Positions 10,677-21,900 of a stretch of 64,000 nt of DNA are shown piece by piece (the stretch's first letter is position 1; each line of letters begins with the position of its first letter). The DNA comes from an uncultured Leptospirales bacterium. Its GTDB lineage: Bacteria; Spirochaetota; UBA4802; UBA5550. Under the pieces are notes generated by a model that was given only the letters and a program-made list of their open reading frames with translations, had not been told where the DNA came from and did not search any database. The stretch covers positions 29,851-93,850 of the forward strand of contig CAYMPH010000011.1 in NCBI GenBank assembly GCA_964392365.1, in the 5' to 3' direction. The position numbers were made by a program, and so were the translations under genes.

Positions 10677-11291
10677 ATGTTGAAAAAAATAATTATTATA
10701 TCAGTTTTGATATTTGTTGTCGGAATTTCATCCTGTTCCATGTGGGATGATGTGGATAAGCACGCTGCGTTTATAATTCCTGTATCAAATATTAATGTTG
10801 GATTTAATACACCGCCTGATCCAACACAATGGAATGATATTCCGGTTTTGTTTAACACTTTTGATGGAAGTGGTATTGCTGATAAAGATCTGACAAATAT
10901 AAATATAGCAACAAATTCAGCATACGACAGGCTTTACATAAATATTTCAGCAAGCTCTTTAATTGATCTTGCTGGAAATTTAACGAGCTATGTGATTTTA
11001 TTTTCAAAAGATTATAATTGTAATGGGAAAAAAATATTAATTATATCTAATAATTATGGAGTATATAATATTTGTGACACAATTTCAATTGCTCCAACTG
11101 ATAACTTTTCTTCAATTTTTTACACAACGCTCAGGGTAAATGCTCCTATTCTGGAAATATCACTTGATGTAAATTCAATTGGGTTAAATTTGTCAAACGG
11201 GTTTCTGCTGAGCATTTATTCTTCTGGAAATATTTTTCCATATCCGCCAAGTAAATCAACATATGCAAGATGGGTAAAATTTCATAATTAA
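10677..11291 (+). CDS. Lipoprotein, tandem paralog 3 of 3
   Basis: Start reassigned to ATG 10677 (MLKKIII...ISSCSMWDDVDK). Confidence 0.8.
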   Translation: MLKKIIIISVLIFVVGISSCSMWDDVDKHAAFIIPVSNINVGFNTPPDPTQWNDIPVLFNTFDGSGIADKDLTNINIATNSAYDRLYINISASSLIDLAGNLTSYVILFSKDYNCNGKKILIISNNYGVYNICDTISIAPTDNFSSIFYTTLRVNAPILEISLDVNSIGLNLSNGFLLSIYSSGNIFPYPPSKSTYARWVKFHN

Positions 11292-11396
11292 AGTATAATC
11301 AGAATTTATTTGGCACTGCATTTATATAAATCAAATGTCTTTTATTAATACTAAATTAAAATTGACACCCCGAACACTCAAATCGAAATTAAAATC

Positions 11397-12407
11397 ATGA
11401 ATGAAATCACTTACGAAGAATCCCTTTCTCTGGAAAATCCTGTATATCTTGATGTGCGCTCGCCTGGAGAATATTCAGAAGATCATATTCCCGGTGCAGT
11501 GAATATTCCGATATTTGATGATGGAGAGCGCAGTGAAGTTGGAACTTTATATAAACAGACAGGCAGAGATAAAGCAATTGTCAGAGGATCAGAAATTGCA
11601 GGCGGGAAACTTGGAGAACTTGTATTAAAAATTTCTTCATACAAAGACCGGGAACTGATTTTTACTTGTGCACGCGGCGGTATGAGATCGGCTGCACTTG
11701 CTTCGCTTGCTGAATCTCTTGGCTTAAAAGTATATAAGCTGAATTCCGGTTATAAAGGATACAGGCATTATATAAATGAAAAGTTTTCAACTGATCCGGT
11801 AATTCCGCCTTTTTATGTAATACAGGGATTAACAGGAACAGGTAAAACTGAAATAATAAATCATATAGAAAACTCAATTGACCTTGAAGGAATGGCAGGC
11901 CACAGAAGTTCCATCTTCGGCGGTATCGGGCTTGAGCAGAACTCGCAGAAAAAATTTGAAACTCTGCTGCTTACAAAAATTTTTGAACTTAACAGCAGGG
12001 ATTATATAGCTATTGAAGGTGAATCAAGAAAAATCGGGAATCTCATTATTCCTGATACGATTCTAAACAGGATGAGAACATCACCTGCTGTTTTAATAGA
12101 AGCTGATATTGAAAGAAGAGCTGAAATTATTCTGAACGAGTATACGAAAATAATTGATAAAGATAAAATTATTGATATAGTAAAAAGCCTTAAAGTGAAA
12201 TTGGGGCAGAAAACCATTGATGAACTGGAATCTCTTATAAGAACAAATGAATATATTCCATTTATAAAAATACTTCTTGAGAAATATTATGATCCGCTAT
12301 ATGAACATTCATTGGCCAAATACAACTATATTGCCAAAGTAAAAAATTCAGATTCAAAAGCTGCAGCTGAAGAAGTTATCAGTTGTATTGGAAAATATAA
12401 GGTATAG
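11397..12407 (+). CDS. selU: tRNA 2-selenouridine synthase
   Basis: Rhodanese domain (DVRSPGEY..DHIPGAVNIP, CARGGMRS) plus P-loop GLTGTGKT, DLEGMAGHRSS, EGESRKIG and YYDPLY. Confidence 0.93.
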   Translation: MNEITYEESLSLENPVYLDVRSPGEYSEDHIPGAVNIPIFDDGERSEVGTLYKQTGRDKAIVRGSEIAGGKLGELVLKISSYKDRELIFTCARGGMRSAALASLAESLGLKVYKLNSGYKGYRHYINEKFSTDPVIPPFYVIQGLTGTGKTEIINHIENSIDLEGMAGHRSSIFGGIGLEQNSQKKFETLLLTKIFELNSRDYIAIEGESRKIGNLIIPDTILNRMRTSPAVLIEADIERRAEIILNEYTKIIDKDKIIDIVKSLKVKLGQKTIDELESLIRTNEYIPFIKILLEKYYDPLYEHSLAKYNYIAKVKNSDSKAAAEEVISCIGKYKV

Positions 12408-12435
12408 GCATCGGAGATCAGGATATAAAAAACTT

Positions 12436-13197
12436 TTAAATATCCGGTGTTTCATATTGATCAATACCTGATTTTATAGCGGCTCTTGATCTGTCCATCA
12501 GTTCCTGCATGTTTTCTTCTGTGTAATTTTTAATATCAATTGGTTTATGAAAAATCAGTTTTGCTTTTCCGGGAAGAAGTTTTAGAGTCTGATTCGGGAG
12601 AATTTTTGATGTATTAATTAATGTTACTGGCAGAATAGGAAGTTGAAATTCCACAGCCAGCCGGAAAGCACCTTTTTTGAATTCACGCATTTCATTTGTA
12701 TTCGACCTTCTTCCTTCCGGAAAAAAAAGTACGGATGTTCCATTGACTAATTTGTCTTTTGCAGCATTGATAGAAGCAATGGCTTTCTCACTGTTGGAAC
12801 GGTCAATGAAAATGTGCCCGATTTTTTCACATCCGATACCAAGGCCTGGAATTTTACGAAGTTCCTGTTTCATTACCCATTTGAAATCTATTCCAATCCA
12901 TCCATATAAAACGATAATATCAAACTGGGTTCTATGGTTTGATATGATTACATATGATTGCTTTGGATCAAAATTCTCTCTGCCTTGCACTGTTACAAAC
13001 ATTGGTGCCAGATATCCTATACAGCGGGCCCATATCACCCCGAAAATACTTCCTAAACGCTGGCTTATAAAACTTGCTGTAAGAGCTGAAAGAGCTCCAA
13101 AAAACAATGTTAGAACTGCAAGTAAAGGAAGATATATAATATATACATATGGCATATATAATATTCTCAGTAATTTATCATATTTTTTATTTATCAT
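12436..13197 (-). CDS. plsC: 1-acyl-sn-glycerol-3-phosphate acyltransferase
   Basis: NHRTQFD (HX4D), FIDR, FFPEGRRS and FKKGAF motifs. Confidence 0.9.
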   Translation of the reverse strand: MINKKYDKLLRILYMPYVYIIYLPLLAVLTLFFGALSALTASFISQRLGSIFGVIWARCIGYLAPMFVTVQGRENFDPKQSYVIISNHRTQFDIIVLYGWIGIDFKWVMKQELRKIPGLGIGCEKIGHIFIDRSNSEKAIASINAAKDKLVNGTSVLFFPEGRRSNTNEMREFKKGAFRLAVEFQLPILPVTLINTSKILPNQTLKLLPGKAKLIFHKPIDIKNYTEENMQELMDRSRAAIKSGIDQYETPDI

Positions 13198-13450
13198 TAT
13201 TAATAACCTCTGTGGGCTGATTTTTTAATTGAATTATATTTACGAAGATCAATTTTTTTTAACTTGCTGATAATTTCCACTATTATTTCAATTATGTTTA
13301 TTTTTTTACATTTTTATATATATATTTATAAAATGGAAACTTTTTTTCAATTAATATTTGTTAAAAATCTTTAAATAAATAGTATTGACATAATAAAGTG
13401 CTTTGAGATTATATTTATGGAATAATTTAAAAATAAAAGGAGATGATTAT

Positions 13451-14017
13451 ATGAAAAAAATATTCTTATTGTCCGCTGTTATACTTTTTACTATCAGCTG
13501 TGGAGGAACCCAATACAAAGATGCCAGTGAAGATACAGGTTCAAGGGAATGGGGTCCAAGAGAAATTAAAACTACAGTAAACAAGATGGTAGGATCTCTA
13601 TACAATAATCTTAAAGATGAGTATAAAAAATCTGTATTTATTCAGGTTAAAAAAATCAGAAATAAAACTGCAGAACATATTGATACTCAGATGCTTGCAA
13701 ATGAGCTTGTAAACAATCTCATCAAGAAAAGAATCCGTTTTATTGATGATACATATAATAAGGAAGCTCTTACTGAAATGGAAAAAGGCATGACAGGCAT
13801 GATCGATCCTGATAGCGCTATTCCAACGGGCGAACTTAAATCTCCAAATCTTTATCTTTTCGGCGAAATTAATGAAAACGTAAGAACTGTTGGCGGGAAA
13901 ACCCTCCAGTATCTTGTTGTAACTTTAAAAGTAACAAGCCTCAGCACTGGAGAGCTTGTATGGCAGGAACAGCAGGAATTCCTGAAATCTACTAAAACGA
14001 ATAAGATTTCTTTTTAA
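13451..14017 (+). CDS. LpoB-like (penicillin-binding protein activator) lipoprotein
   Basis: Lipobox TISC; RNKTAEHID and STGELVW match the LpoB pattern. Start at ATG 13451 with AAGGAG RBS. Confidence 0.75.
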   Translation: MKKIFLLSAVILFTISCGGTQYKDASEDTGSREWGPREIKTTVNKMVGSLYNNLKDEYKKSVFIQVKKIRNKTAEHIDTQMLANELVNNLIKKRIRFIDDTYNKEALTEMEKGMTGMIDPDSAIPTGELKSPNLYLFGEINENVRTVGGKTLQYLVVTLKVTSLSTGELVWQEQQEFLKSTKTNKISF

Positions 14018-14035
14018 TTATTTAATTTTTTAATC

Positions 14036-14063
14036 AGGGGGCATTTTTAATGTCCCTTTTTTT
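14036..14063 (+). terminator. Probable intrinsic terminator/attenuator
   Basis: AGGGGGCATT-ttt-AATGTCCCT followed by a T run. Confidence 0.6.
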
Positions 14064-14086
14064 AATCTCAAATAGGGGGTTTATCC

Positions 14087-15490
14087 ATGCTAAAAAAAAT
14101 ATCTGCATCATTATTGATTTTTTCATCTGCGTTTTATATTTCCTGCGCAACAGTTGACTACCGTACTGTTATGAAGGCCCCTGAAGAGAAATTTTATAGA
14201 GGTGAATATCTTGAAGCTGCAAAAATGCTTCTGCCTGAAGTGAATAAAGAAAGTAAAGATCAGCTCCTTTTTATGATGGAATGCGGTTATATACTTCATG
14301 CCGGCGCTGATTATCAGAAAAGTAATATGGTTCTTCTTCCGGCAGCAAAAGAAGCTAAGGTTGTTCCTATCAGCATTTCACAGCAGGTTGCAGGTTTACT
14401 TACAAACCAGACTGCTACGAATTACAGGGGCGAGGATTTTGAAAAAGTTCTTATTCACATGTTCCTTGGAATTAATTTTCTTAAGCTGAAAGATTTTGAC
14501 AGTGCAAGGGTTGAATTCAAGGCTGTTAATGATGAGCTTGCTAAAGTAAAAGAGGAAACAGGAGCTGCAAAATATAAGCAGAATCTTATGGCAAAATATC
14601 TTACTGCTGTTTCGTACGAAATTATTGGAGATGCAAATAACGATAAGAATGATCTTGAATTTGCATACATTGAATATAAACAGATTTATCAGCTAAGTCC
14701 GGGTCTTGTAACTGTTCAGGCCGATCTTCAGAGACTGGCAAAAAAACTGAATTATATGGATGAGTATCAGGATTGGACCGGGAAATTCGGGAAAAAAGAT
14801 TTCATGGCTGATGATTCAGGGGAATTTATTCTTATTTTTCAGGCAGGTCAGGCTCCGATCAAAGCCACAAGAGGAAAACTCCTTGATGATCATACGATGA
14901 AAGCAGGGATAATGGTTGCATTGAACACAGCTTCACTCGCTGTAGGCGTTACAGCAACTGCAGTTCTTGCAACAATGAAAATTGCAGAAAATCCGATTCC
15001 AAAATTTCTGAGAAGAGGAACTCAGACATCAGCTGTGAGAATTTCATCTGCAGGCGGAGTTCAGCAGACTGTTATTCTTGAAGATATAGAAAATACTGTA
15101 ATAAGAAATTTTGACGATCAGTACCCTGAGCTTTCAAAAAAAGTAGCTGCATCAATTGTTACAAAAGCAATAGTCTCTGTTGCAGCAGGTATAGCAGGCC
15201 AGCAGATTACTAAAGCTGCAGGCGGCGGAAAAGCTTTATCAGCTCTTATTGGATTTGCAGCAGGGCTTGGCACCGGAGCTGCTCTGTTTTCAACAATGAG
15301 ACCGGATTTAAGATGCTGGCATACTCTGCCTGGTAATCTTCAGCTTGGACGGGTATTTTTAAGACCAGGAAAATATGATATAACCCTTGAATATATTGGA
15401 ATGGGCGGGAATGTAATGTCCAGTACAACTTTTCCGGTTGAAATTAAAAAAGGTGAGAAGATATTTCATAATATCAGAACATTGCAGTAA
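14087..15490 (+). CDS. COG3014-family TPR-like lipoprotein
   Basis: Lipobox YISC; YRGEDFEK, ARVEF and DLRCWHTLP motifs; this family commonly neighbours LpoB-like genes. Confidence 0.75.
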   Translation: MLKKISASLLIFSSAFYISCATVDYRTVMKAPEEKFYRGEYLEAAKMLLPEVNKESKDQLLFMMECGYILHAGADYQKSNMVLLPAAKEAKVVPISISQQVAGLLTNQTATNYRGEDFEKVLIHMFLGINFLKLKDFDSARVEFKAVNDELAKVKEETGAAKYKQNLMAKYLTAVSYEIIGDANNDKNDLEFAYIEYKQIYQLSPGLVTVQADLQRLAKKLNYMDEYQDWTGKFGKKDFMADDSGEFILIFQAGQAPIKATRGKLLDDHTMKAGIMVALNTASLAVGVTATAVLATMKIAENPIPKFLRRGTQTSAVRISSAGGVQQTVILEDIENTVIRNFDDQYPELSKKVAASIVTKAIVSVAAGIAGQQITKAAGGGKALSALIGFAAGLGTGAALFSTMRPDLRCWHTLPGNLQLGRVFLRPGKYDITLEYIGMGGNVMSSTTFPVEIKKGEKIFHNIRTLQ

Positions 15491-15495
15491 ATTAT

Positions 15496-17397
15496 ATGAT
15501 TCTTGAAAAAAATATAAATGCCGGAGAAAATCTCAAGCAGGAAGATTTGCAGAAATACTTCCTGCTTGACTGTCTTAATATGCCTGCATGCGTACTTAAT
15601 TTAGAAGGCAATCTTATATATTCAAATAAATCTTTTTCGGATTTTTTCCCTGAAGGTAAAATGGATATCAGGCTTGATTTCGAGCATCCATTTTTCTCTG
15701 AATACAGGAAAAAAGTAGCACAATGCTATTTATCAGCAAAAAACGGCCATTCTAAACAATGTTTTGCAATGATAAATTCCACTGAAGGCAGCCACCTTCC
15801 TGTAGAAGTATTTTTTTTCCCGATATTCGATAACAATACCCAGACCGGAATTGCCTCGGTAATAAATGTTGTTGATCCGAAATCCGCATCAATTGAAAAA
15901 TCCGGTTCCCGTTTAATATTTGAAAGCAGACTTGATTATGATGATATCTATTATGAATTTTCACCGATGAATATTATCAGGCTGAATGAAAAATATGAGA
16001 TTATAAAGCAGAGCAGAACAATTGAATCATCTCTTGGATATACATTTGAGGAACTTACGAAAAATGCTGAGCAGGCATGCAGGATAATTTTTCCTTCTGA
16101 AACCGAAAAAATTTTAAAAGCTGCTGCTGAAATATATTTGGGGAATATACCGTTTCAAAGATTAGGCGAGATAAGAGTTTCTACAAAAAATTCTGAAATA
16201 CTGTTTGTCAATGTTGTAATGTTTCCGGTGCGCACAGCCGGTGATATGAAAGCTATTGATATAGTAATGGATGATATAACAAAATTAAAAATTCTTGAAG
16301 ATAAAGTAAATTCCATGCAGCGGCTTCAGCTTATGGGTGATATCACAATGGGATTTCTGCACAGTTTAAATAATACACTGAATGTTATTTTAAGCAAGTC
16401 GCAGCTTCTTATGCAGATATCAGAAAAAGAAACTGTTACAGACGGCATCCGTTTAATTGAAGAATCCTCTACAAATATCTTCAATCAGATCCGAAGAATT
16501 CAGAATTTTATCGGAGATAAAAGCCTGGTTACAGCAGATAAAACTGAACCGTTTGTGAGCATAATTGAAGATGCTATTGAATTTGCGAAACTCAAACTGA
16601 AGGTTGAAGACAGAGAGAGCAAACGGACTATTAATTTTGAAAGAAAATATTATATCGATTTAAATATTACAGCTGATACCAAGTCTTTCAGAGAAATTAT
16701 CATTTCAATGATTTTGAAAGTATCTGCAGTTATCTCTAAAAAAGGAACTATTAATATTTCAACAAAAGAAAATGCTGATGTATATCTGATAGTGTCTGCA
16801 GATAAAGATATAATACCTGAATCTGCTGTTGTATTTGAAGAAGCTTTGAATGTTTTTTCCGGATTGAATATCCGCCAGGTAGCTGAAAAACTGGGAATAA
16901 AAATTCTTGAAGAGGAATCTCCTACAAGTTATTCGATGAAGGCAATTATTCCAAAACGGCTTGCTTCGAAAAAATCAGTGAATGAATCAAATAACCCGGA
17001 GTTTAAAATCAGAGGCTTTAATATAATGATCGTTGAGGATGAAAAGTATCTGAGGGATATTCTTTTTGAACTTTTTGATAAAATGGGGAATAGAGTATCT
17101 GTTTTTGAAAACGGCAAGGATGCTTTAAAAGCTTATGTGGAAAATCCGTTTGATCTTGTAATTACAGATTATGATATTGAAGGAATAACCGGAATTGAGC
17201 TGGCTGCAAAAATTAAAGATCTGGATGATAATACATCCACAATCCTTTTATCCGGATGGATGCTGAATAATCTTGAAACATATCATAATATAATTGATAT
17301 ATTTATTCCAAAACCGTTCAAGCTAGATGAACTTATTATGCAGATTTCAAAAATTATGAGTGATAAGAAAATAAAGAAAAATTCACAAAAGCAGTAA
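15496..17397 (+). CDS. PAS-PAS-HisKA-(degenerate ATPase)-REC signalling protein
   Basis: H-box GFLHSLNN; intact C-terminal receiver (IVEDE, ITDY, LLSG, PKPF); no recognisable N/G boxes. Confidence 0.75.
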   Translation: MILEKNINAGENLKQEDLQKYFLLDCLNMPACVLNLEGNLIYSNKSFSDFFPEGKMDIRLDFEHPFFSEYRKKVAQCYLSAKNGHSKQCFAMINSTEGSHLPVEVFFFPIFDNNTQTGIASVINVVDPKSASIEKSGSRLIFESRLDYDDIYYEFSPMNIIRLNEKYEIIKQSRTIESSLGYTFEELTKNAEQACRIIFPSETEKILKAAAEIYLGNIPFQRLGEIRVSTKNSEILFVNVVMFPVRTAGDMKAIDIVMDDITKLKILEDKVNSMQRLQLMGDITMGFLHSLNNTLNVILSKSQLLMQISEKETVTDGIRLIEESSTNIFNQIRRIQNFIGDKSLVTADKTEPFVSIIEDAIEFAKLKLKVEDRESKRTINFERKYYIDLNITADTKSFREIIISMILKVSAVISKKGTINISTKENADVYLIVSADKDIIPESAVVFEEALNVFSGLNIRQVAEKLGIKILEEESPTSYSMKAIIPKRLASKKSVNESNNPEFKIRGFNIMIVEDEKYLRDILFELFDKMGNRVSVFENGKDALKAYVENPFDLVITDYDIEGITGIELAAKIKDLDDNTSTILLSGWMLNNLETYHNIIDIFIPKPFKLDELIMQISKIMSDKKIKKNSQKQ

Positions 17398-17417
17398 TGT
17401 ACTGAATAACACTTCTA

Positions 17418-18401
17418 TCACAGAGAATTATTTAATCTTTGAAGATCTTCTTTTTTCCCGATAAAAACAATCACATCATTATATTCAAGCAGCTCGGTTG
17501 GGATTGGATTAAATATCATTCTGCCGTCATGTTTTTTTATCAGAACAATGATCAGGCCGTAATCCCGCCTTAAATTGCTGTCAATAATGTTTTTCCCGTC
17601 AAGTGCAGTTCCCTGCTCAATTTTCAGTTCTTCCATCACTAGGCCGATATTGCTGTCCATTATTGCTATATCAATAAAATCAACAACCGTGGGTCTGATT
17701 AATACCTGAGCCATTCTTTTCCCGCCGATTAAATATGGTGAAACCACTCGGTTAGCTCCGGCTCTTGTCAGTTTAATTTCTGCACTTTCGTCTGAAGCGC
17801 GTGCAAGAATAAAAATATCCGGATTGAGACCTCTTGCTGAAAGCGTGATAAAAACATTATCTGCATCTGAACGCACTGCAGCAACAAATGCCTTGGCATT
17901 AGCTATGCCTGCTTTATTTAAGGTTTCATCTTCTGTGGCATCTGCAGGCAGATATAAATATCTTAAAGCTTCCATCTGTATTATTGCTTCAGCAGTATTA
18001 TCAATAACAACAAATTCTTTATTATATGTTTTGAGTTCTTCGCAGATAAGTGCGCCTATTCTCCCGAAACCGCAGATAATGTAGTGATCCTTCAGTTTTG
18101 AAATTTTATTTTCCACTTTTTTTCTCCCGAAAGTTTTCTTGAACTCACCTTCAACCATAACTCTAAGGGAGTTTCCAATAGCGTATGCCCAAACTGATAC
18201 GCCTAAAATAATGACAAAAATTGTAAAAATTCTTCCTGCATTTGAAAGAGGTTTTACTTCCTGGAAACCAACTGTTGCAATTGTTATTACAGTCATATAA
18301 ACTGCTTCAAGAAGAGTCATGTCTTCAATAAAATAATATCCGGTAATTGACATGATAATTACAGCAATCAGCAATACCAATGGTAATTTAATTTTTTTCA
18401 A
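17418..18401 (-). CDS. Potassium channel with RCK (TrkA-N/TrkA-C) domains
   Basis: Pore TIATVGF, Rossmann ICGFGRIG and a TrkA-C tail. Confidence 0.92.
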   Translation of the reverse strand: MKKIKLPLVLLIAVIIMSITGYYFIEDMTLLEAVYMTVITIATVGFQEVKPLSNAGRIFTIFVIILGVSVWAYAIGNSLRVMVEGEFKKTFGRKKVENKISKLKDHYIICGFGRIGALICEELKTYNKEFVVIDNTAEAIIQMEALRYLYLPADATEDETLNKAGIANAKAFVAAVRSDADNVFITLSARGLNPDIFILARASDESAEIKLTRAGANRVVSPYLIGGKRMAQVLIRPTVVDFIDIAIMDSNIGLVMEELKIEQGTALDGKNIIDSNLRRDYGLIIVLIKKHDGRMIFNPIPTELLEYNDVIVFIGKKEDLQRLNNSL

Positions 18402-18494
18402 TATATAATCCCATTTATTAATTGTATTCTATCGGTTAAATAAAGATAAAGACATATACTTTAATATTATCGGCATTTTCTATGGAGGATTATT

Positions 18495-18884
18495 ATGCAA
18501 AAATTTCTGTCAGACGAATGGTTTATTGAAGTTGAAAAGACTGTTAAAGAATTTACCAATCTTGACATTGCAAAAGCCATGAAAGATGTTATAGTTAATT
18601 TAACACTTACGACCGGATCAGGCGAGGTTGTAATGAGAATTGACCGTGGAATTATTGTAAAAGGGCATTCAGCAAGCGCTGATGTTCAGATGTCTATGCC
18701 TGAAGATTATGCTTACAAACTGCTTGTTCTCGGTGACTGGTCTGTTGGAATGAAAGGTTATGTTGCACGCAAAATTTCTGTATCCGGAAACATGAGAAAA
18801 CTTATTCCTCTTCAGGTTTTTAAGCCTACAAAATCTCAGGATGAGCTGAGAGAGAAAATAAAGTCTTTTACAGAAACCCCCTAA
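18495..18884 (+). CDS. SCP2 sterol/lipid-binding domain protein
   Basis: FLSDEW start and KISVSGNMRKL motif are typical of SCP2-like proteins. Confidence 0.75.
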   Translation: MQKFLSDEWFIEVEKTVKEFTNLDIAKAMKDVIVNLTLTTGSGEVVMRIDRGIIVKGHSASADVQMSMPEDYAYKLLVLGDWSVGMKGYVARKISVSGNMRKLIPLQVFKPTKSQDELREKIKSFTETP

Positions 18885-18903
18885 ATCCCCCTTAGGGGGA
18901 CTT
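18877..18903. repeat. CCCCCTAAATCCCCC-tta-GGGGGACTT REP-like palindrome overlapping the SCP2 stop codon
   Basis: TCCCCC/GGGGGA hairpin between convergent genes; same poly-C/poly-G style as the element at 49073-49199. Confidence 0.6.
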
Positions 18904-18916
18904 AAGTATAGTAAAA

Positions 18917-21900
18917 TCAATGTTTCAGATGTTTCTCAAGAACAGCAGACAGTTCAGCTATGGTAAATGGCTTTCCTATGCTTGCAGTAAAACCGAATGC
19001 TTCCGGATCAGCAATTACCGGATCATCAGCATATCCGCTTATAACAATAATTGGAACTAAAGTATCCATTTCACGTAATGTTGAAATAATTTCTTTTCCG
19101 CCTAAGCCTCCGGGAATTGTTAAATCGAGTATAATTCCTGCTATGGCACGTTTGGCATTATATTCTATATTTAAAAAATCTAGAACCTCCTTTCCTTCTT
19201 TCATTAAAACGCAAGTGTACCCTTGAGTTTTCAGCATTTTATCAAGTGTATTCCGGATAAATTCTTCATCGTCCATTACAATAATCGTTCCGCTTCCTTT
19301 ATGATTAACAGGAGACTTACTTGTAATTAAAGAAGCAGTTTCTTTTGATGCAGGAAGATAGATGTGAAAAGTGCTTCCTTTGGATGGTTCAGATTCAATA
19401 TCCAGTAATCCTTCATGACGGTTTACAATTGAATAAGATGTAGCAAGACCAAGTCCATGTCCTTTAGTTTTGGTTGTAAAAAACGGATCAAAAATATACG
19501 GAATTATTTCTTTAGGTATTCCTATTCCAAAATCCTTTACAGATATTTTCACGTATTTATCTTCCGTTAGAATTGAATGATCTTTATTGCCGTAAGGAAT
19601 ATTTTTTGCTGTAACTTCAATTGTGCCCCCCATGGGCATGGCCTGTTGAGCATTGATTATAATATTGTCAATTACCTGACCAATCTGATTTTTATCAATA
19701 AAGCACGGCCAGAGATCCTGATCAATATCAATTATGTGAGATACATTTGATCCGCTGAGAGCAAATTGTACAGTTTCACGAATAATAGGCAGAAGATGTT
19801 CCGTCTTTCTGATAGGAGCTCCGCCTTTGGAAAATGTCAGCAGCTGATTGGTTAGTGCTCTGGCTCTGTTAATCGTATCAAGAGATTCTTTCAGATACCC
19901 TATGACTTCAGTTTCTTTTGAAGCAGAACTGGCCAGATCAATATATCCGAAAACTCCTCCAAGCAGATTATTAAAATCATGCGCAATACCGCCTGCCAGA
20001 ACTCCCAGAGACTCGAGTTTCTGTAAATTGCGAAGAGCATCTTCAGCATGCTTCCGTTCAGTTATATCGCGGGATACGCCGAGAAATCCGGTCCAAACTC
20101 CCTGAGCATCCCTTATTTTACTTACTACAATTTCCATCATTCGAATTGAACCGTCTTTATGATAAAAATCAAGATCGTAAGTATAAATTTTCCGGGTATC
20201 ACCTCGGCTCTGCTGCTCGAGTACAATTTCTTTTGCAAAGGCATCCTGTACTTTAGATATAGACTCAGGTGTTATCTGCATTGAAATGTTTTTCTGTATC
20301 TGTTCCTGTGGAGTAAATCCGAGAACTGTTTCAATTGAAGGACTTACATATGTAGTGTTAAAATTCATATCCATTGTCCAGATAATATCATTCATATTAT
20401 CTGTTAAAAAACGGTATTTCTCTTCGCTTGAGCGCAATTCTTCCTCAAATCTCTTTCGTTCGGTAATATCCGTTACAACTCCGTTAAACACAATTTCATT
20501 TTCTCTTTGTGAAGGAATTGAATTTCCTGAAAACCAGATTTTATCACCTGAAGGCTTCTGCATTATTCCTTCAAATTTCCATTCTTTTGATTCTTTGACA
20601 GAGTCCAATATAGAATTTATAAAACCTTCCCTGTATTCAGGAAGAACGAGTTCAACAAAACGGTCTAAATATTTTTCTAAAACGGGTTTTAAACCAAGAA
20701 CTTCTTCTGATCTATCACTAATATAATAAAATCCCAGGTCTCCATCCGGTCTTGCATAAAACTGATATACAACACCCGGGAACTGAGTTGTCATTTCACG
20801 CAATAGAGTTTCGCTTTTTTGCAGTTCATCTTCAGCATTTTTACGTATAGTAATGTCTTCAGAAACTCCTTCCATCCAGCCTTTTTCAGGAATAATTTTT
20901 CCGGAAAAACGCATCCAGATTATTGAACCGTCATTTCGAATAAACCTTGTTTCGAAATTGGTGAACTGACCGTTTTCTTTTAAAAGAGAAATCAGAATTT
21001 CTCGGTCTTTAGGTTCAGCATAACGTTCTGCAATATTGAATGGCTTGGATAGCAATTGATTCCTGTTTTCGAATCCGATAAATCTTGCAACACTGTCATT
21101 TGCATCAATAATAAGCCCGGTATTAATATCTGTACGGAATATTCCTATTTGGGTATTTAGAAATAAATTTCTGTACATGTCTTCAGCGGATCTTAAAGCG
21201 TCTTCAATTTTCTTACGTTGAGTTATATCGAGATGTAATCCGACAAGTCCGCTGATAGCTCCGTTATTATTTCGTAATGGATAGGCCCTCAGTAAAATTT
21301 CCAGAGGGGTCCTGTCTTTCCCGAACATTTTAACTTCTCCCTGCCAGTTTTTTCCCTGCATAATTGAATCGAATAATTGTTTTCCAATTGATTTGTCAGC
21401 ATAAACATCAAGAGGATTATCCCCGATATCTCCGAAAAGAAGATTAAAAGCTTCATTCTGATAATAATGTTTTCCATCAGGTGTTGACATTCCGATTGCG
21501 TCTGATGAATATTCAACCAGATCTTTGAATATATGAAGATCCTCTTCTGCTTTTTTGCGCTCAGTTATATCGAGTGTTACTGCAAGTAAAAAGGATGTTC
21601 CGTTAATATCTATAATTACTCCTGATGCAAGGCATGTGATTATACTGCCATCCCTGCAGTGATATTTATTTTCCATATCCAGGAAGGAACCTTTATCTTT
21701 GAGTTCCCTGTAAATATTGTTACGTGTTTCAGTATCAACCCACAGATTTATATCAGCTCCTGTTTTCCCGATTACCTCTTCACGGGTATAGCCGAGAATC
21801 CGCAGAAAACTGTCGTTTACTTCAACAAACTTGCCATCAGGTATAGTACTGGTGGATATAGCTGCCGGTGAGAGCATGAAGAATCGTGATAATTTCTCTT

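Noticed and set aside
12677-13228. 183-aa antisense ORF over plsC, representative of the many 60-190-aa shadow ORFs (e.g. 9017-9532, 63280-63843)
   Set aside because: They lie opposite or out of frame within well-supported genes and carry no recognisable motifs.
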